From: a virus
Lineage: Duplodnaviria > Heunggongvirae > Uroviricota > Caudoviricetes
Virus record (IMG/VR): IMGVR_UViG_3300031413_000001
Length of the DNA: 64,000 bases
Strand: one strand, 5' to 3'
Positions 26,811 to 35,972 of this stretch are shown here, piece by piece (position 1 is the first letter of the stretch; every line of letters begins with the position of its first letter). Below the pieces are notes generated by a model that had not been told where the DNA came from, did no database searches, and saw only the letters and a program-made list of their open reading frames with translations. A program made the position numbers and the translations under genes.

Positions 26811-27257
26811 TTAAAAGTTGAGCTTTCCAGTGGAGAACAAAACGCCCTCACTGGTGCGGCGACGGGTCAGACCTGGAAGAACCTTGCCATCACCCTTGTT
26901 CCAGCGAAGCATCTGATTATCAACCTGGTCATAGTGACCACCGTTGAGAACCTTCAAGAGAGTGCTCTTCTTGAATGCGCCCGAACCAATGTTGTAGACA
27001 AAGGCAACCAGAGCATCGAACTGATCCTGCGTGAGTGGAACCTTCACGCTTTCATTGATCGTCTTCTCAAACTGCGCGAGGTCGCTGTTCAGGAAGCCAA
27101 TTGCCTGTGCTTCAGTGCAGACCTGACCCTTCTTGACACCCTTGGTGGTACCGTAGCCAATGGTCCAAACCTTTGCTGGGCAAAGATACGCACCAGGCTT
27201 GAAGCCCTCAAAGTGCTTGATAAGTTCCAGTCCCTTTTTGCCGATCTTCATAACCAT
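26811..27257 (-). CDS. Phage lysozyme (GH24 muramidase)
   Basis: LIKHFEG, YLCPAKVWTIGYG, QFDALVAFVYNIG, GLTRRR. Confidence 0.93.
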   Translation of the reverse strand: MVMKIGKKGLELIKHFEGFKPGAYLCPAKVWTIGYGTTKGVKKGQVCTEAQAIGFLNSDLAQFEKTINESVKVPLTQDQFDALVAFVYNIGSGAFKKSTLLKVLNGGHYDQVDNQMLRWNKGDGKVLPGLTRRRTSEGVLFSTGKLNF

Positions 27258-27268
27258 ATCTGTTCTCC

Positions 27269-28375
27269 TTAAAAATCTGCCTTTGGCTTTGCGGCCTTGG
27301 ACAGCATGACCTTCTCCTGAACTTCTTTGCCGCCGATGATGTTGGTGTTGTTATTGTTGATAAAGCTCTGAAGGATGCGGTGTGCGGCCGACCACTTCTT
27401 CCTGAGATCAACTTCACGACGCTGCCATACTCCGCCATCACCACCCTGTGGTTGGCCAAACATGTCAGTCTTTTCTCCCACATACTGATAGAGAACGTGG
27501 GGTTCCATTCCCGTGTGGAGAAACCAATCATCGTTCTTGGCTTCATCGGGAAAGCTCGTGCCCGTTGCTGCCAGCTTGGCACCATTGGGTGGATTGCCGT
27601 CGCCGGCAAAGATCCAGGGATATTGCTTTCCCTGCTCATCACCGGGCACAACGTAGAAGTGCTGGGTCTCAAAGTTCCTCATGGGAACCTCACGCTCAGC
27701 TTGCTCAACCAGTGCATCACTAATGTTGGTGTTAAAGGGCAGATCGCTGATAATGCTCCTCAGATCCCAACCGCTGTCATCAACTTCTGCATCCAAGATC
27801 TGCTTGTATTCCTGGCTGTCAGTGAGTGGCTTTACCTTGACGCGGAAGATATGAGGGCGCCAAGTCTGCGACCAACCACCAGCGGCACGGTTGACATCCT
27901 GTACCACATAATACTTGTTGACGGCCGGCATATCGTCGTCCAACAGGGCATCGTCACGCAAGTGGGGAAACTCCAGGACGTCACCGCTCATCAGCTTTCG
28001 ATTGATCTTTTCCAGCACCTCATTGATGTGGAACTCAAGATAGATGGTGTCCGCTTCCAAGAAGAGACCAAACTGCCTGATGTCAAACTCAGTGTCCTGC
28101 ATGTTGTAGGCAACGCGGAACTCATAAACGTTGGGGTCATAGGCACGATCGCGGTTTTCTAGAAAGAACAAGTCCTGGATCTGGCGTACACCCTTGGCCT
28201 TGCTCTTGGAATTGCTGGGGTTGGTGGCATCATTCTGCTCACCCTGATCGATCACACCCACATACTTGTGGACGAGGCACTCAACACCACCGATACGAAA
28301 CATCTCTCGTACCTGATCGTCGATGAACTTGTAGTCGTCATTCTTGTGACGATCCCACATCTGCATCATAGCCAT
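27269..28375 (-). CDS. gp14: Neck / head-tail connector protein (gp14-like)
   Basis: QDLFFLENRDRAYD, DIRQFGLFL, GDVLEFPHL; divergent from gp13-like. Confidence 0.7.
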   Translation of the reverse strand: MAMMQMWDRHKNDDYKFIDDQVREMFRIGGVECLVHKYVGVIDQGEQNDATNPSNSKSKAKGVRQIQDLFFLENRDRAYDPNVYEFRVAYNMQDTEFDIRQFGLFLEADTIYLEFHINEVLEKINRKLMSGDVLEFPHLRDDALLDDDMPAVNKYYVVQDVNRAAGGWSQTWRPHIFRVKVKPLTDSQEYKQILDAEVDDSGWDLRSIISDLPFNTNISDALVEQAEREVPMRNFETQHFYVVPGDEQGKQYPWIFAGDGNPPNGAKLAATGTSFPDEAKNDDWFLHTGMEPHVLYQYVGEKTDMFGQPQGGDGGVWQRREVDLRKKWSAAHRILQSFINNNNTNIIGGKEVQEKVMLSKAAKPKADF

Positions 28376-28397
28376 AGAGATCTCCTTAACTGCTCTG

Positions 28398-28424
28398 TAT
28401 TTACCCGTGATTCTGGCTTAAATA
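28398..28424. promoter_or_regulatory. Back-to-back late promoters
   Basis: TATTTA (28398-28403) and TAAATA (28419-28424) between divergent neck genes. Confidence 0.7.
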
Positions 28425-28449
28425 ACTGGGTAGCTAATGGAGGACCCCA

Positions 28450-29202
28450 ATGCAGACTCAGCGTGAACTCCTAATCAAGGAAGTGTACCGTCGCCTTGGT
28501 GGCGGTATGGTCAAGATCGAACTAACGCCGGAGCACTATGAAGATGCTCTGGACTTTGCCCTCGCGACATATCGTCAGCGTTCCAGCAACAGCGTGGAAG
28601 AGCGCTTTACCTACTTGGAACTTCAGCCCGATCAGAGTGAATACATTCTGCCCAACGAGGTAATTGAAGTACGTCAGATTCTCCGCGCAGGCAATGGCGG
28701 AGCAGTATCTGGCGTGGGTGCAGACTTTGAGCCCTTTGCGGCCAGCGTCAACAACAGCATCATGCTTGGAAATGGAAAAGCAGGCGGAACATCCAGCCTG
28801 GTAACCTACGAGCTATTCACGGGCTTTCAGGAACTGGTTGGCACGATGTTTGGTTTCCACATCATGTTCAACTGGCATCCAACCCGTCATCGCCTAGACA
28901 TCATGCGTAAGCCTGTTGCCAAGGAAACTGTCATGTTGTGGATTTACAACCATCGTCCAGATGAGCTGATCCTAACGGACCCATATGCACGTCCCTGGAT
29001 CCTCCGCTTTACCACCGCTCAGGCCAAGGTAATGCTGGGTGAGGCACGTAGTCGCTTTGGCACGTTCGTTGGTCCTCAGGGTGGTACCACGTTGAATGGT
29101 GATGCTCTGAAGTCCGAGGGACAGATGGAGATGGATAACTTGCTGTTGGAGATTGCCAATAGCGTTGAACAGAGTGTGGGCTACGGCTTCTTGTTTGGTT
29201 AA
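28450..29202 (+). CDS. gp13: Neck protein (gp13-like)
   Basis: RRLGGGMVKIEL, LGEARSRF...GPQGGTTLNGD. Confidence 0.85.
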   Translation: MQTQRELLIKEVYRRLGGGMVKIELTPEHYEDALDFALATYRQRSSNSVEERFTYLELQPDQSEYILPNEVIEVRQILRAGNGGAVSGVGADFEPFAASVNNSIMLGNGKAGGTSSLVTYELFTGFQELVGTMFGFHIMFNWHPTRHRLDIMRKPVAKETVMLWIYNHRPDELILTDPYARPWILRFTTAQAKVMLGEARSRFGTFVGPQGGTTLNGDALKSEGQMEMDNLLLEIANSVEQSVGYGFLFG

Positions 29203-29426
29203 GAGCCAAATGTCTCTGAATATCTCTGACCCATATAATGAGCTACACCTAGGTGCTACTTGGATATTAGAAGTTGCATGATTTCGGGATAGCCCCTTCC
29301 AGCGGGCTGAACCGGAATAACATGGAAACGTCCAACATTCAATTAACAACTAAGTGGCGCGACTTTTCTTATCTTCCGCTAAGAAAAGTCTTTTGAAATT
29401 TTGCCTGAGGGAGATGGGCGCCCTGG

Positions 29427-29454
29427 TTGACAGGCCCCGGTCCTGTGCTACGGT
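29427..29454 (+). promoter_or_regulatory. Sigma70-type early promoter
   Basis: TTGACA-N14-GCTACGGT. Confidence 0.6.
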
Positions 29455-29473
29455 TACCTCGAAAGGGGTAGCT

Positions 29474-29938
29474 GTGGCCAAGATCGTATATCCGGAACGT
29501 CGTATGCGGGACGAGCATCCCTGGACGATCTTCAACACCATCCGACACCTTCAGATGCTGAACTTTCTAGCTGAGCATTTTGACGCGTGGATCACGCCTT
29601 CGGATATAGGAAAGCACCTCTACAGCAACTGGGACGGTCTTTCGGTTCGTGACTACATTTTGGTCACCGAGGCCAAGATCTCCTTTCCGCTCCGATTTCT
29701 AAAATGCAACCACTACATCAGTGAACGCTTGGAGCGACCCGGCTCTCGATCGCCCGATTGGGCGGTTCCCCAACCCATGGATGAGTACCAGGCCCGTACC
29801 CTGTTGAGTATTGAAGTTTCCAGGGCAATTGGTCCGGATGCCCAAGCGGCTTGCAGGGATCAGATGGATCGTCTCTGGGGAAAGTGGATTGGCCGAAAAG
29901 AATACGACATCTCCAAATATCTGGTTGACGACGAATAG
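29474..29938 (+). CDS. Hypothetical protein
   Basis: GTG start after GAAAGGGG RBS and downstream of promoter (track start 29354 lies upstream of the promoter). Confidence 0.6.
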   Translation: MAKIVYPERRMRDEHPWTIFNTIRHLQMLNFLAEHFDAWITPSDIGKHLYSNWDGLSVRDYILVTEAKISFPLRFLKCNHYISERLERPGSRSPDWAVPQPMDEYQARTLLSIEVSRAIGPDAQAACRDQMDRLWGKWIGRKEYDISKYLVDDE

Positions 29939-29952
29939 TCTGGTGTTATGTT
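29925..29952 (+). promoter_or_regulatory. Sigma70-type early promoter
   Basis: TTGACG-N14-GTTATGTT. Confidence 0.55.
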
Positions 29953-29984
29953 CTGAACATCGGAACGCAAAAGGAGATCGGGCA

Positions 29985-30575
29985 ATGCTTACACTGGAAC
30001 TCAAGCGGCAGTTTTCAAGCCTCGCAGCCCAGCTGAGCCCCGAAAATCTCTCCTGCGATGGTGAACTCTCGCGGGCCAAGATTGCATCGCGCCACCGGGC
30101 ACTGACCAAACAGTGGAAGGCCCTGGAAAAGGCAGCAGGTCAAACGGTCTCCGAGGACGAGACGTACAACTGGATAAAGGAGCTCGACGAAGCAGCCCGC
30201 CAGGATCGACTCGCCGAACAGGCCGCGCAGCCACAGAACCCACTGGTTCGCTGGGGCAACCCGGGAGTTTGGGTTCGTGAGGGCAAGAACAAGATGTCCG
30301 CATATTACATCCACAATGCCAAGCTCAAGGGCAGCATCAAGTTCGCGGGCATCGATATGAACGCCAACGCGGTCGACGAATACGTTCTCTACAGTGAGTT
30401 CGCCCATTACATTGATCGAAAGGAAGAGGTTGGTCGTTATGATTCTCTCGATGCAGCAGTCGCCGCTGGCGAATTGTATCTCTCGACCATCAACCTCGAA
30501 TCGCTCCAGGCGGCCCTCCCACAGTATCGACCGGAGAATCTCCAGCGACTCCTCGACCGGCTTCCGGCGGCGTAA
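29985..30575 (+). CDS. Hypothetical phage protein (LSPENLxCDGE motif)
   Basis: AAGGAG RBS; ATG 29985. Confidence 0.7.
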   Translation: MLTLELKRQFSSLAAQLSPENLSCDGELSRAKIASRHRALTKQWKALEKAAGQTVSEDETYNWIKELDEAARQDRLAEQAAQPQNPLVRWGNPGVWVREGKNKMSAYYIHNAKLKGSIKFAGIDMNANAVDEYVLYSEFAHYIDRKEEVGRYDSLDAAVAAGELYLSTINLESLQAALPQYRPENLQRLLDRLPAA

Positions 30576-30720
30576 GGAAGACCTAATCCGGATCTACAGC
30601 GATCCGGAAGTTCTCTCCGAAGACCTGACGTTCTTCTTCAGGGTCTACATTCTCGCAACGCTGGCGTTCTTGCTTTTCTTGCTTTGACAGTCCGCGTCTA
30701 ATTCTATACGAAAGCGGATT

Positions 30721-31194
30721 ATGGCACAGGCAATGGACTTTGTCCGGATCAATTCCAAAAGCTACAAGGTGTGGCGAATCCTCCAGGCAAGTGGCGTGTG
30801 GGGACAAGTCTACCGTGACCGCGAGGAACGCCTTCGAAACTATCGAAGCGCGATCATCTTTCCCGAGCAGCTTCTAGGATTGAACCAGACCCAGTTGTTC
30901 ATCACCACGATTGGTTCCATGACCCTGAATACCCGCACGGTCTCAGTCGCGTCCGTTGACAACAAGCATCTTCAGTTGCACGGCGGCACGGTTTCCCACT
31001 ACAATGAAATCTATGAGTGGGAAGGTGAGAACAACGGCTCCGAAGCCCTCAAGGGCATGACGATTGGCACCATCAATCATGATCCCGACCGCTACTTCAG
31101 CAGTGGGTCCAATACGCCATTCTCGGACTTGAACTTGTTTTCCAGCAAGCGCGATGCGGTCAAGATGGCGCAGGGTATCATCAGCCGCTTCTAA
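30721..31194 (+). CDS. Hypothetical protein
   Basis: ORF with phage-like codon use. Confidence 0.6.
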   Translation: MAQAMDFVRINSKSYKVWRILQASGVWGQVYRDREERLRNYRSAIIFPEQLLGLNQTQLFITTIGSMTLNTRTVSVASVDNKHLQLHGGTVSHYNEIYEWEGENNGSEALKGMTIGTINHDPDRYFSSGSNTPFSDLNLFSSKRDAVKMAQGIISRF

Positions 31195-31254
31195 GTGGTT
31201 GACACACTGGTGTCCTGTGTTAGTGATACCTACGAACAAACAAAAGGAGGCTTC

Positions 31255-31752
31255 GTGGCCAAGGATCTTTACGCATACTGCCTGGTTCGCACGGACCTCC
31301 CCTCCCTGGGCGCAGGCAAGGCCATCGCTCATGGAATGCACGCCGGCAATCAGATGACCTGGCTCGAGGTTGCGGTTCCGCTGATGAAGGGCGAAGAGCC
31401 CAACGCGGACGTGATCCTCTGGTCCAATCAGGCACGAGGCTTTGGTACGACCATCGCGCTGGGCGACAAGAACCAGCTGGATCTCAAGACCGTCCAGGCG
31501 GTCGTGGATGCAGCGAAGAAAATGGGCTTCGTCGCAGACGTGGTCGTTGATACGTCCTACCCCTACTTGGTGGACAAGGAGATCGTCCCCCTGATGAAGG
31601 ACGATGTTCACACGCCCAACTATCCGCCGATCCCTGGTCCTCCAGGGTTCATGGTGTGCTTCCGTCGCGAGATCACCACCGCCTACGTTTTCGGTGACAA
31701 GGCAGAGCTGGAAGTTCTGTTGCGCCGGTTCGGCCTCTATCCCAATGATTGA
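31255..31752 (+). CDS. Peptidyl-tRNA hydrolase 2 (PTH2)-like protein
   Basis: CLVRTDL...GKAIAHGMHAG resembles PTH2 VVRxDLxMxxGKxAAQxxHA; GTG with AAGGAGG RBS; TTGACA promoter at 31199. Confidence 0.6.
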   Translation: MAKDLYAYCLVRTDLPSLGAGKAIAHGMHAGNQMTWLEVAVPLMKGEEPNADVILWSNQARGFGTTIALGDKNQLDLKTVQAVVDAAKKMGFVADVVVDTSYPYLVDKEIVPLMKDDVHTPNYPPIPGPPGFMVCFRREITTAYVFGDKAELEVLLRRFGLYPND

Positions 31753-32068
31753 GGACGGTCCCGAGGACATCGCATCTAGGTTGCGCGGCGTCATAGTCAT
31801 TCCGGTGAACGATGGTGCTGGGCTCCTGGATGGCAAGGACACCTTCACCCGGGACTTTGGCGATCAGGGCACGTTGCAGAATCGAGCAGCGGACATGATC
31901 GACCAGCTGATCGCTGGCAATGCTCTTCCTTGGAGTGAGGTCAACTCACTTTGTTTGGAACTGCAGGAACCAGCTGATCCTCTGGGAATAGGCAAAACCT
32001 ACGTGGTGCCCATCCGGAACAAGGCATCGTGGATGATCCATGATCTCCGACAAAAACTGGAATACTGA
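31745..32068 (+). CDS. Hypothetical protein
   Basis: Overlaps the upstream stop. Confidence 0.55.
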   Translation: MIEDGPEDIASRLRGVIVIPVNDGAGLLDGKDTFTRDFGDQGTLQNRAADMIDQLIAGNALPWSEVNSLCLELQEPADPLGIGKTYVVPIRNKASWMIHDLRQKLEY

Positions 32069-32118
32069 CACGTAACACCAGAGTTTGCTAATCTCACTGA
32101 AAATGAGGTGAGAATAGC

Positions 32119-32781
32119 ATGGTTCAAGTTGTTGGGATCCTTGGGTTCAAGGGTTCCGGAAAAGACACCGCTGGTGAATACCTAGTGCGTGAGCATGGGT
32201 TCGTAGTTGAGAGTTTTGCCAATCCACTGAAGGATCTGATCTCCGCAGTCTTTGGCTGGGATCGGGCCCTGCTGGAAGGCAATACCACAGACAGTCGTGC
32301 ATGGCGTGAGACGCCCGATCCTTGGTGGGAAGCCAAGCTGGACTGGCACAACAATGCCGGCTCCTACTTGGGACGCTTTACACCCAGGGTTGCGATGCAA
32401 TACATTGGCACCGACGTTCTCCGAAATCACTTTGACACCAATCTCTGGATCAAGAGCTTGGAGTACCGACTTCAGGGAAAAGACCGCGTGGTCGTTACTG
32501 ATTGCCGCTTTCCCAATGAGTGCAAGCTGATTCGTGACAATAATGGTCTTCTGTTCCGCGTAAGGCGTGGTCCGGAGCCCGAGTGGTTTACTTCTGCCCA
32601 AGCGGCAGCAATGGGAAGCGAACCAGCCAGGATGAACATGGCAACGCTTTATCCAGGTGTTCATATCTCAGAGTGGGCGTGGTTGGCCGAGGATGTGCTA
32701 ACTATCAAGAACGACAGCACGATCAGCACTCTATATGGGAATGTATCATGGATGATGAACAACCATTTCAAGACGTCCTAA
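32119..32781 (+). CDS. Deoxynucleoside monophosphate kinase
   Basis: GFKGSGKDT P-loop, FANPLKD, TPRVAMQYIGT, VVTDCRFPNE. Confidence 0.9.
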   Translation: MVQVVGILGFKGSGKDTAGEYLVREHGFVVESFANPLKDLISAVFGWDRALLEGNTTDSRAWRETPDPWWEAKLDWHNNAGSYLGRFTPRVAMQYIGTDVLRNHFDTNLWIKSLEYRLQGKDRVVVTDCRFPNECKLIRDNNGLLFRVRRGPEPEWFTSAQAAAMGSEPARMNMATLYPGVHISEWAWLAEDVLTIKNDSTISTLYGNVSWMMNNHFKTS

Positions 32782-33356
32782 AGGGCAACATCTGCTTGAG
32801 CGGTGGAGCCAAGGGCTCTGATGCTCAGTGGGGAATGAATGCTGGTCGCGATGGACAGAGTGTGATCCACTGGTCCTTTGATGGACACCGTCATCACGTG
32901 GCCGAGCAAGAGATTGTTCGCCTAAGTGAGGAACAGCTACAGAAGGCCGATCCTGCGCTCAAGCAGGCAAGCAAGACGCTGAAGCGTGCCTGGCCTGGAA
33001 GGCGTTCCGTGACTGTTACCGCACTTCTAAGACGCAATTGGTACCAGGTCCAGTGGGCCGAGTCGCTCTATGCAGTCTCCACAATCAACAAGCGAAATCT
33101 AGTAGATGGTGGAACTGGCTGGGCGGTTCAGATGTTTCTTGACCGTCATGCGGCTCTTGCCCAGTTTGAACCACTTCCCTGCTACGTCTATGATCAGGTT
33201 CAGGAATGTTGGTTTCAGTGGGTTGGTGGATGGAAGAAGATTGAAGTTCCTCCCAAGCCACAGGGCATTTGGGCAGGAATTGGAACCCGTGAACTCAATG
33301 ACGCAGGCAAGTGGGCCATCCGAAACCTCTTTGGTTGGGAGCGTCCAACCAACTGA
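32748..33356 (+). CDS. SLOG (DprA/YspA-like) Rossmannoid protein
   Basis: SGGAKGSD, LLRRNWYQV, DGGTGWAVQM. Confidence 0.6.
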   Translation: MDDEQPFQDVLKGNICLSGGAKGSDAQWGMNAGRDGQSVIHWSFDGHRHHVAEQEIVRLSEEQLQKADPALKQASKTLKRAWPGRRSVTVTALLRRNWYQVQWAESLYAVSTINKRNLVDGGTGWAVQMFLDRHAALAQFEPLPCYVYDQVQECWFQWVGGWKKIEVPPKPQGIWAGIGTRELNDAGKWAIRNLFGWERPTN

Positions 33357-33424
33357 TTTCAATTTAGTCAAAGAAAGAGTTGGTTCACCTAGCGTTTAAC
33401 ACCAGTGTCCTTTCGCAAGTTGGA

Positions 33425-33430
33425 TAAATA
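33425..33430 (+). promoter_or_regulatory. Late promoter core TAAATA (sheath)
   Basis: 38 nt upstream of ATG 33469. Confidence 0.7.
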
Positions 33431-33468
33431 CTGACAACGAAATCCACCATTTGCGAAGGGGCTGGAAC

Positions 33469-35880
33469 ATGGTATATCCTCTAGTGTCGCCAGGTACATC
33501 AGTTACCGTAACCGACGAATCCTACTACGCATCGGCTGGCGAAGGCACTGTTCCGCTGATCATCATCGGCACCCACGAATACAAGACGCTTCCTTCGGGT
33601 GGCGGTGTGGCAGAGGGAACCCTGCCGGAGAACGCGAACAAGCTGTATCCTATCACAAGTCAGCGCGAACTCCTCCAGACCTTTGGTAATCCAATTTTCT
33701 ACAAGAAGAACGGCACTTCCGTTCACGGCTACGAGCTCAACGAGTTTGGTCTCCACGCTGCTTACCAGTATCTTGGTATTGCAAATCGCGCTTATGTGAT
33801 TCGCGCTGCGATCGACTATGCTCAGCTGATGCCAAAGGCAACTGCACCACGTGCAGAAGCTGCTCACGGTACCAACTGGCTCGATACTGCCAACAACACT
33901 TGGGGTATCTACGAATACTCGGGTAGCGAGTGGATTGAGCGTGATCTCTATGTTGTCGAAGGCAGTGACCTGGACAGCAATCTTCCTGCTGAAAGCGAGC
34001 AGGTTGCTGGTCAGAAGCCACCGGTTGCAAACCTTGGCCTAGAGAATGACCTGGCAATGGTCGTCGCATATTCCAAGAAGACTCTCTACCAGAAGGCTGG
34101 CGGAGCATGGTTGGTTGTTGGTGGTGATGCTTGGGCAGCGGCAAAGGCCGCAAGCCAGGGCGGAACTGCACCAAGCCTAACCTACAACGCTTTCCGTCCT
34201 GAGACGGCAACTGTTGGTGACATTCTCGTTCTCGAGACTCCAGCGGTTGTGACTTCGATCTCCTCGGCAGCTACTTGGTTGCTGAAGACATTCAACGTCA
34301 GCAACGGTTCTTGGACTGAGACTCTGGTCCCCATTTACAGCACCGGCAAGCAGAGCACGCTGAGCAAGACCACTGGCGCAGTTTATCTGAGCCACGAACC
34401 AAAGACTGCGGTATTTGAGTTCCGCAAGTATGATGGTTCGGCATGGGTTGGTCTTGGTGAGGAAGTAAGTTCCGACGAGCCAACGAGCGATCCAGAAGAG
34501 GGCACGCTTTGGTACAACAATGCCAACATCGTGGTCAACATCAAGGTTGCTGCAAGTGATGGTACTTGGGTTCCCTATCGTAGCCTCCACACTGCCACTG
34601 ACATCAACGGTGTCATCCTCGCAGGCAGTGCACCAACCAGCCAGAGCACTGGTGCTCCACTGGTTGAGAACGATCTGTGGGTTGACACTTCCGATGCAGA
34701 GAACTTCCCCAAGATGTTCCGTCGCACGAAGAATGTCTGGAAGGCAATCAACACTGAGAACAACATTGACGCAGTCGATGGTATTGCTTTTGGTGAGTCT
34801 TCGACAACCAGCGCACTGAACTTTGCTACTGGCATGAAGCTGTTCGATCTTGAAGCATCGACCAATGACGTCAAGCAGTATGTGGGTGGACGTTGGACCA
34901 ACGTTTCGGGCTATCAGCAGAATGGCGTTCCATTCTTTGGTCGCAAGGCACAGAGGCAGATGATTGTTACCCAGCTTGCTGGTACTCTCTCCAGCAACGA
35001 AGACATTCGCGCTGAAACCATCTACTTCAACCTCCTGGCAGCACCTGGCTACATCGAGTTGATCGATGAAATGGTAACGCTGAACACCGACATGAAGGAA
35101 GTTTCTTTCATCGTTGGTGATACCCCAGCACGCTTGAAGCCAACTGGCGTTGAGATTCAGAAGTTCGCAACCAATGCTGCCAACGGCAACACTGAGCAGG
35201 GCGTCTCGACTTTCAACCCATACGTTGGTCTCTATTACCCATGGGGCTTGAGCACCAACGTTGATGGCGCAGAGATCATGGTTCCACCGAGCACGATTGC
35301 TCTCAGGACCCTGGCCTACAATGACAGCATCAGCTATCAGTGGATGGCACCAGCTGGTTTCACCCGTGGTCTGGTCACCAACGCATCGAGCGTGGGTTAC
35401 TTGGACGATCAGGGTGAGTTCAAGGCAGCGATGCTGAACAACGGCCAGAGGGATCTGCTCTACAATAACAAGATCAACCCAATTGCGTACATTCCAAACC
35501 GTGGTCTGGTTGTCTATGGTCAGAAGACCAGGCACAACTTGGATACCTCGCTGGATCGTATCAACGTTGCACGTTTGATCAACTACCTGCGTTACAACTT
35601 GGACAACATCTCGAAGCCATTCCTCTTTGAGCCAAATGACTTCCAGACGCGTGATTCGGTCAAGACGACCTTTGAACGCTTCCTCGCTGATCTTGTGGGC
35701 CTTCGCGGTCTATATGACTTTGTGGTTGTCTGCGATGACTCCAACAACACGCCGGAACGCATCGACCGTCATGAGCTGTGGGTGGATATCGCTATCCAGC
35801 CGGTTCAGGCAATCGAGTTCATCTACATTCCAGTCCGCATTGTGGCAACTGGTGATGATTTGGGTCAGCTCTTCCAGTAA
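33469..35880 (+). CDS. gp18: Tail sheath protein (gp18-like)
   Basis: LVSPGTSVTVTDES, WMAPAGFTRG, NKINPI, LDRINVARL, FLFEPND, EFIYIPVR. Confidence 0.95.
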   Translation: MVYPLVSPGTSVTVTDESYYASAGEGTVPLIIIGTHEYKTLPSGGGVAEGTLPENANKLYPITSQRELLQTFGNPIFYKKNGTSVHGYELNEFGLHAAYQYLGIANRAYVIRAAIDYAQLMPKATAPRAEAAHGTNWLDTANNTWGIYEYSGSEWIERDLYVVEGSDLDSNLPAESEQVAGQKPPVANLGLENDLAMVVAYSKKTLYQKAGGAWLVVGGDAWAAAKAASQGGTAPSLTYNAFRPETATVGDILVLETPAVVTSISSAATWLLKTFNVSNGSWTETLVPIYSTGKQSTLSKTTGAVYLSHEPKTAVFEFRKYDGSAWVGLGEEVSSDEPTSDPEEGTLWYNNANIVVNIKVAASDGTWVPYRSLHTATDINGVILAGSAPTSQSTGAPLVENDLWVDTSDAENFPKMFRRTKNVWKAINTENNIDAVDGIAFGESSTTSALNFATGMKLFDLEASTNDVKQYVGGRWTNVSGYQQNGVPFFGRKAQRQMIVTQLAGTLSSNEDIRAETIYFNLLAAPGYIELIDEMVTLNTDMKEVSFIVGDTPARLKPTGVEIQKFATNAANGNTEQGVSTFNPYVGLYYPWGLSTNVDGAEIMVPPSTIALRTLAYNDSISYQWMAPAGFTRGLVTNASSVGYLDDQGEFKAAMLNNGQRDLLYNNKINPIAYIPNRGLVVYGQKTRHNLDTSLDRINVARLINYLRYNLDNISKPFLFEPNDFQTRDSVKTTFERFLADLVGLRGLYDFVVVCDDSNNTPERIDRHELWVDIAIQPVQAIEFIYIPVRIVATGDDLGQLFQ

Positions 35881-35892
35881 GGCAAAAACGAG

Positions 35893-35918
35893 GTGGGGAG
35901 CGGAAACGCTCCCCATTT
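35893..35918 (+). terminator. Intrinsic terminator
   Basis: GTGGGGAGCG-GAAA-CGCTCCCCAT-TT. Confidence 0.7.
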
Positions 35919-35938
35919 CCATGAGTGGCAGATTTATA

Positions 35939-35967
35939 TTGAGTGTGAGCATCAACATATCTATAAG
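35939..35967 (+). promoter_or_regulatory. Sigma70-type promoter for the non-coding region
   Basis: TTGAGT-N17-TATAAG with no protein gene until 36559. Confidence 0.55.
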
Positions 35968-35972
35968 TGAGA

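Noticed and set aside
30583-30807. Possible small gene between 30575 and 30721
   Set aside because: No convincing start or RBS on either strand
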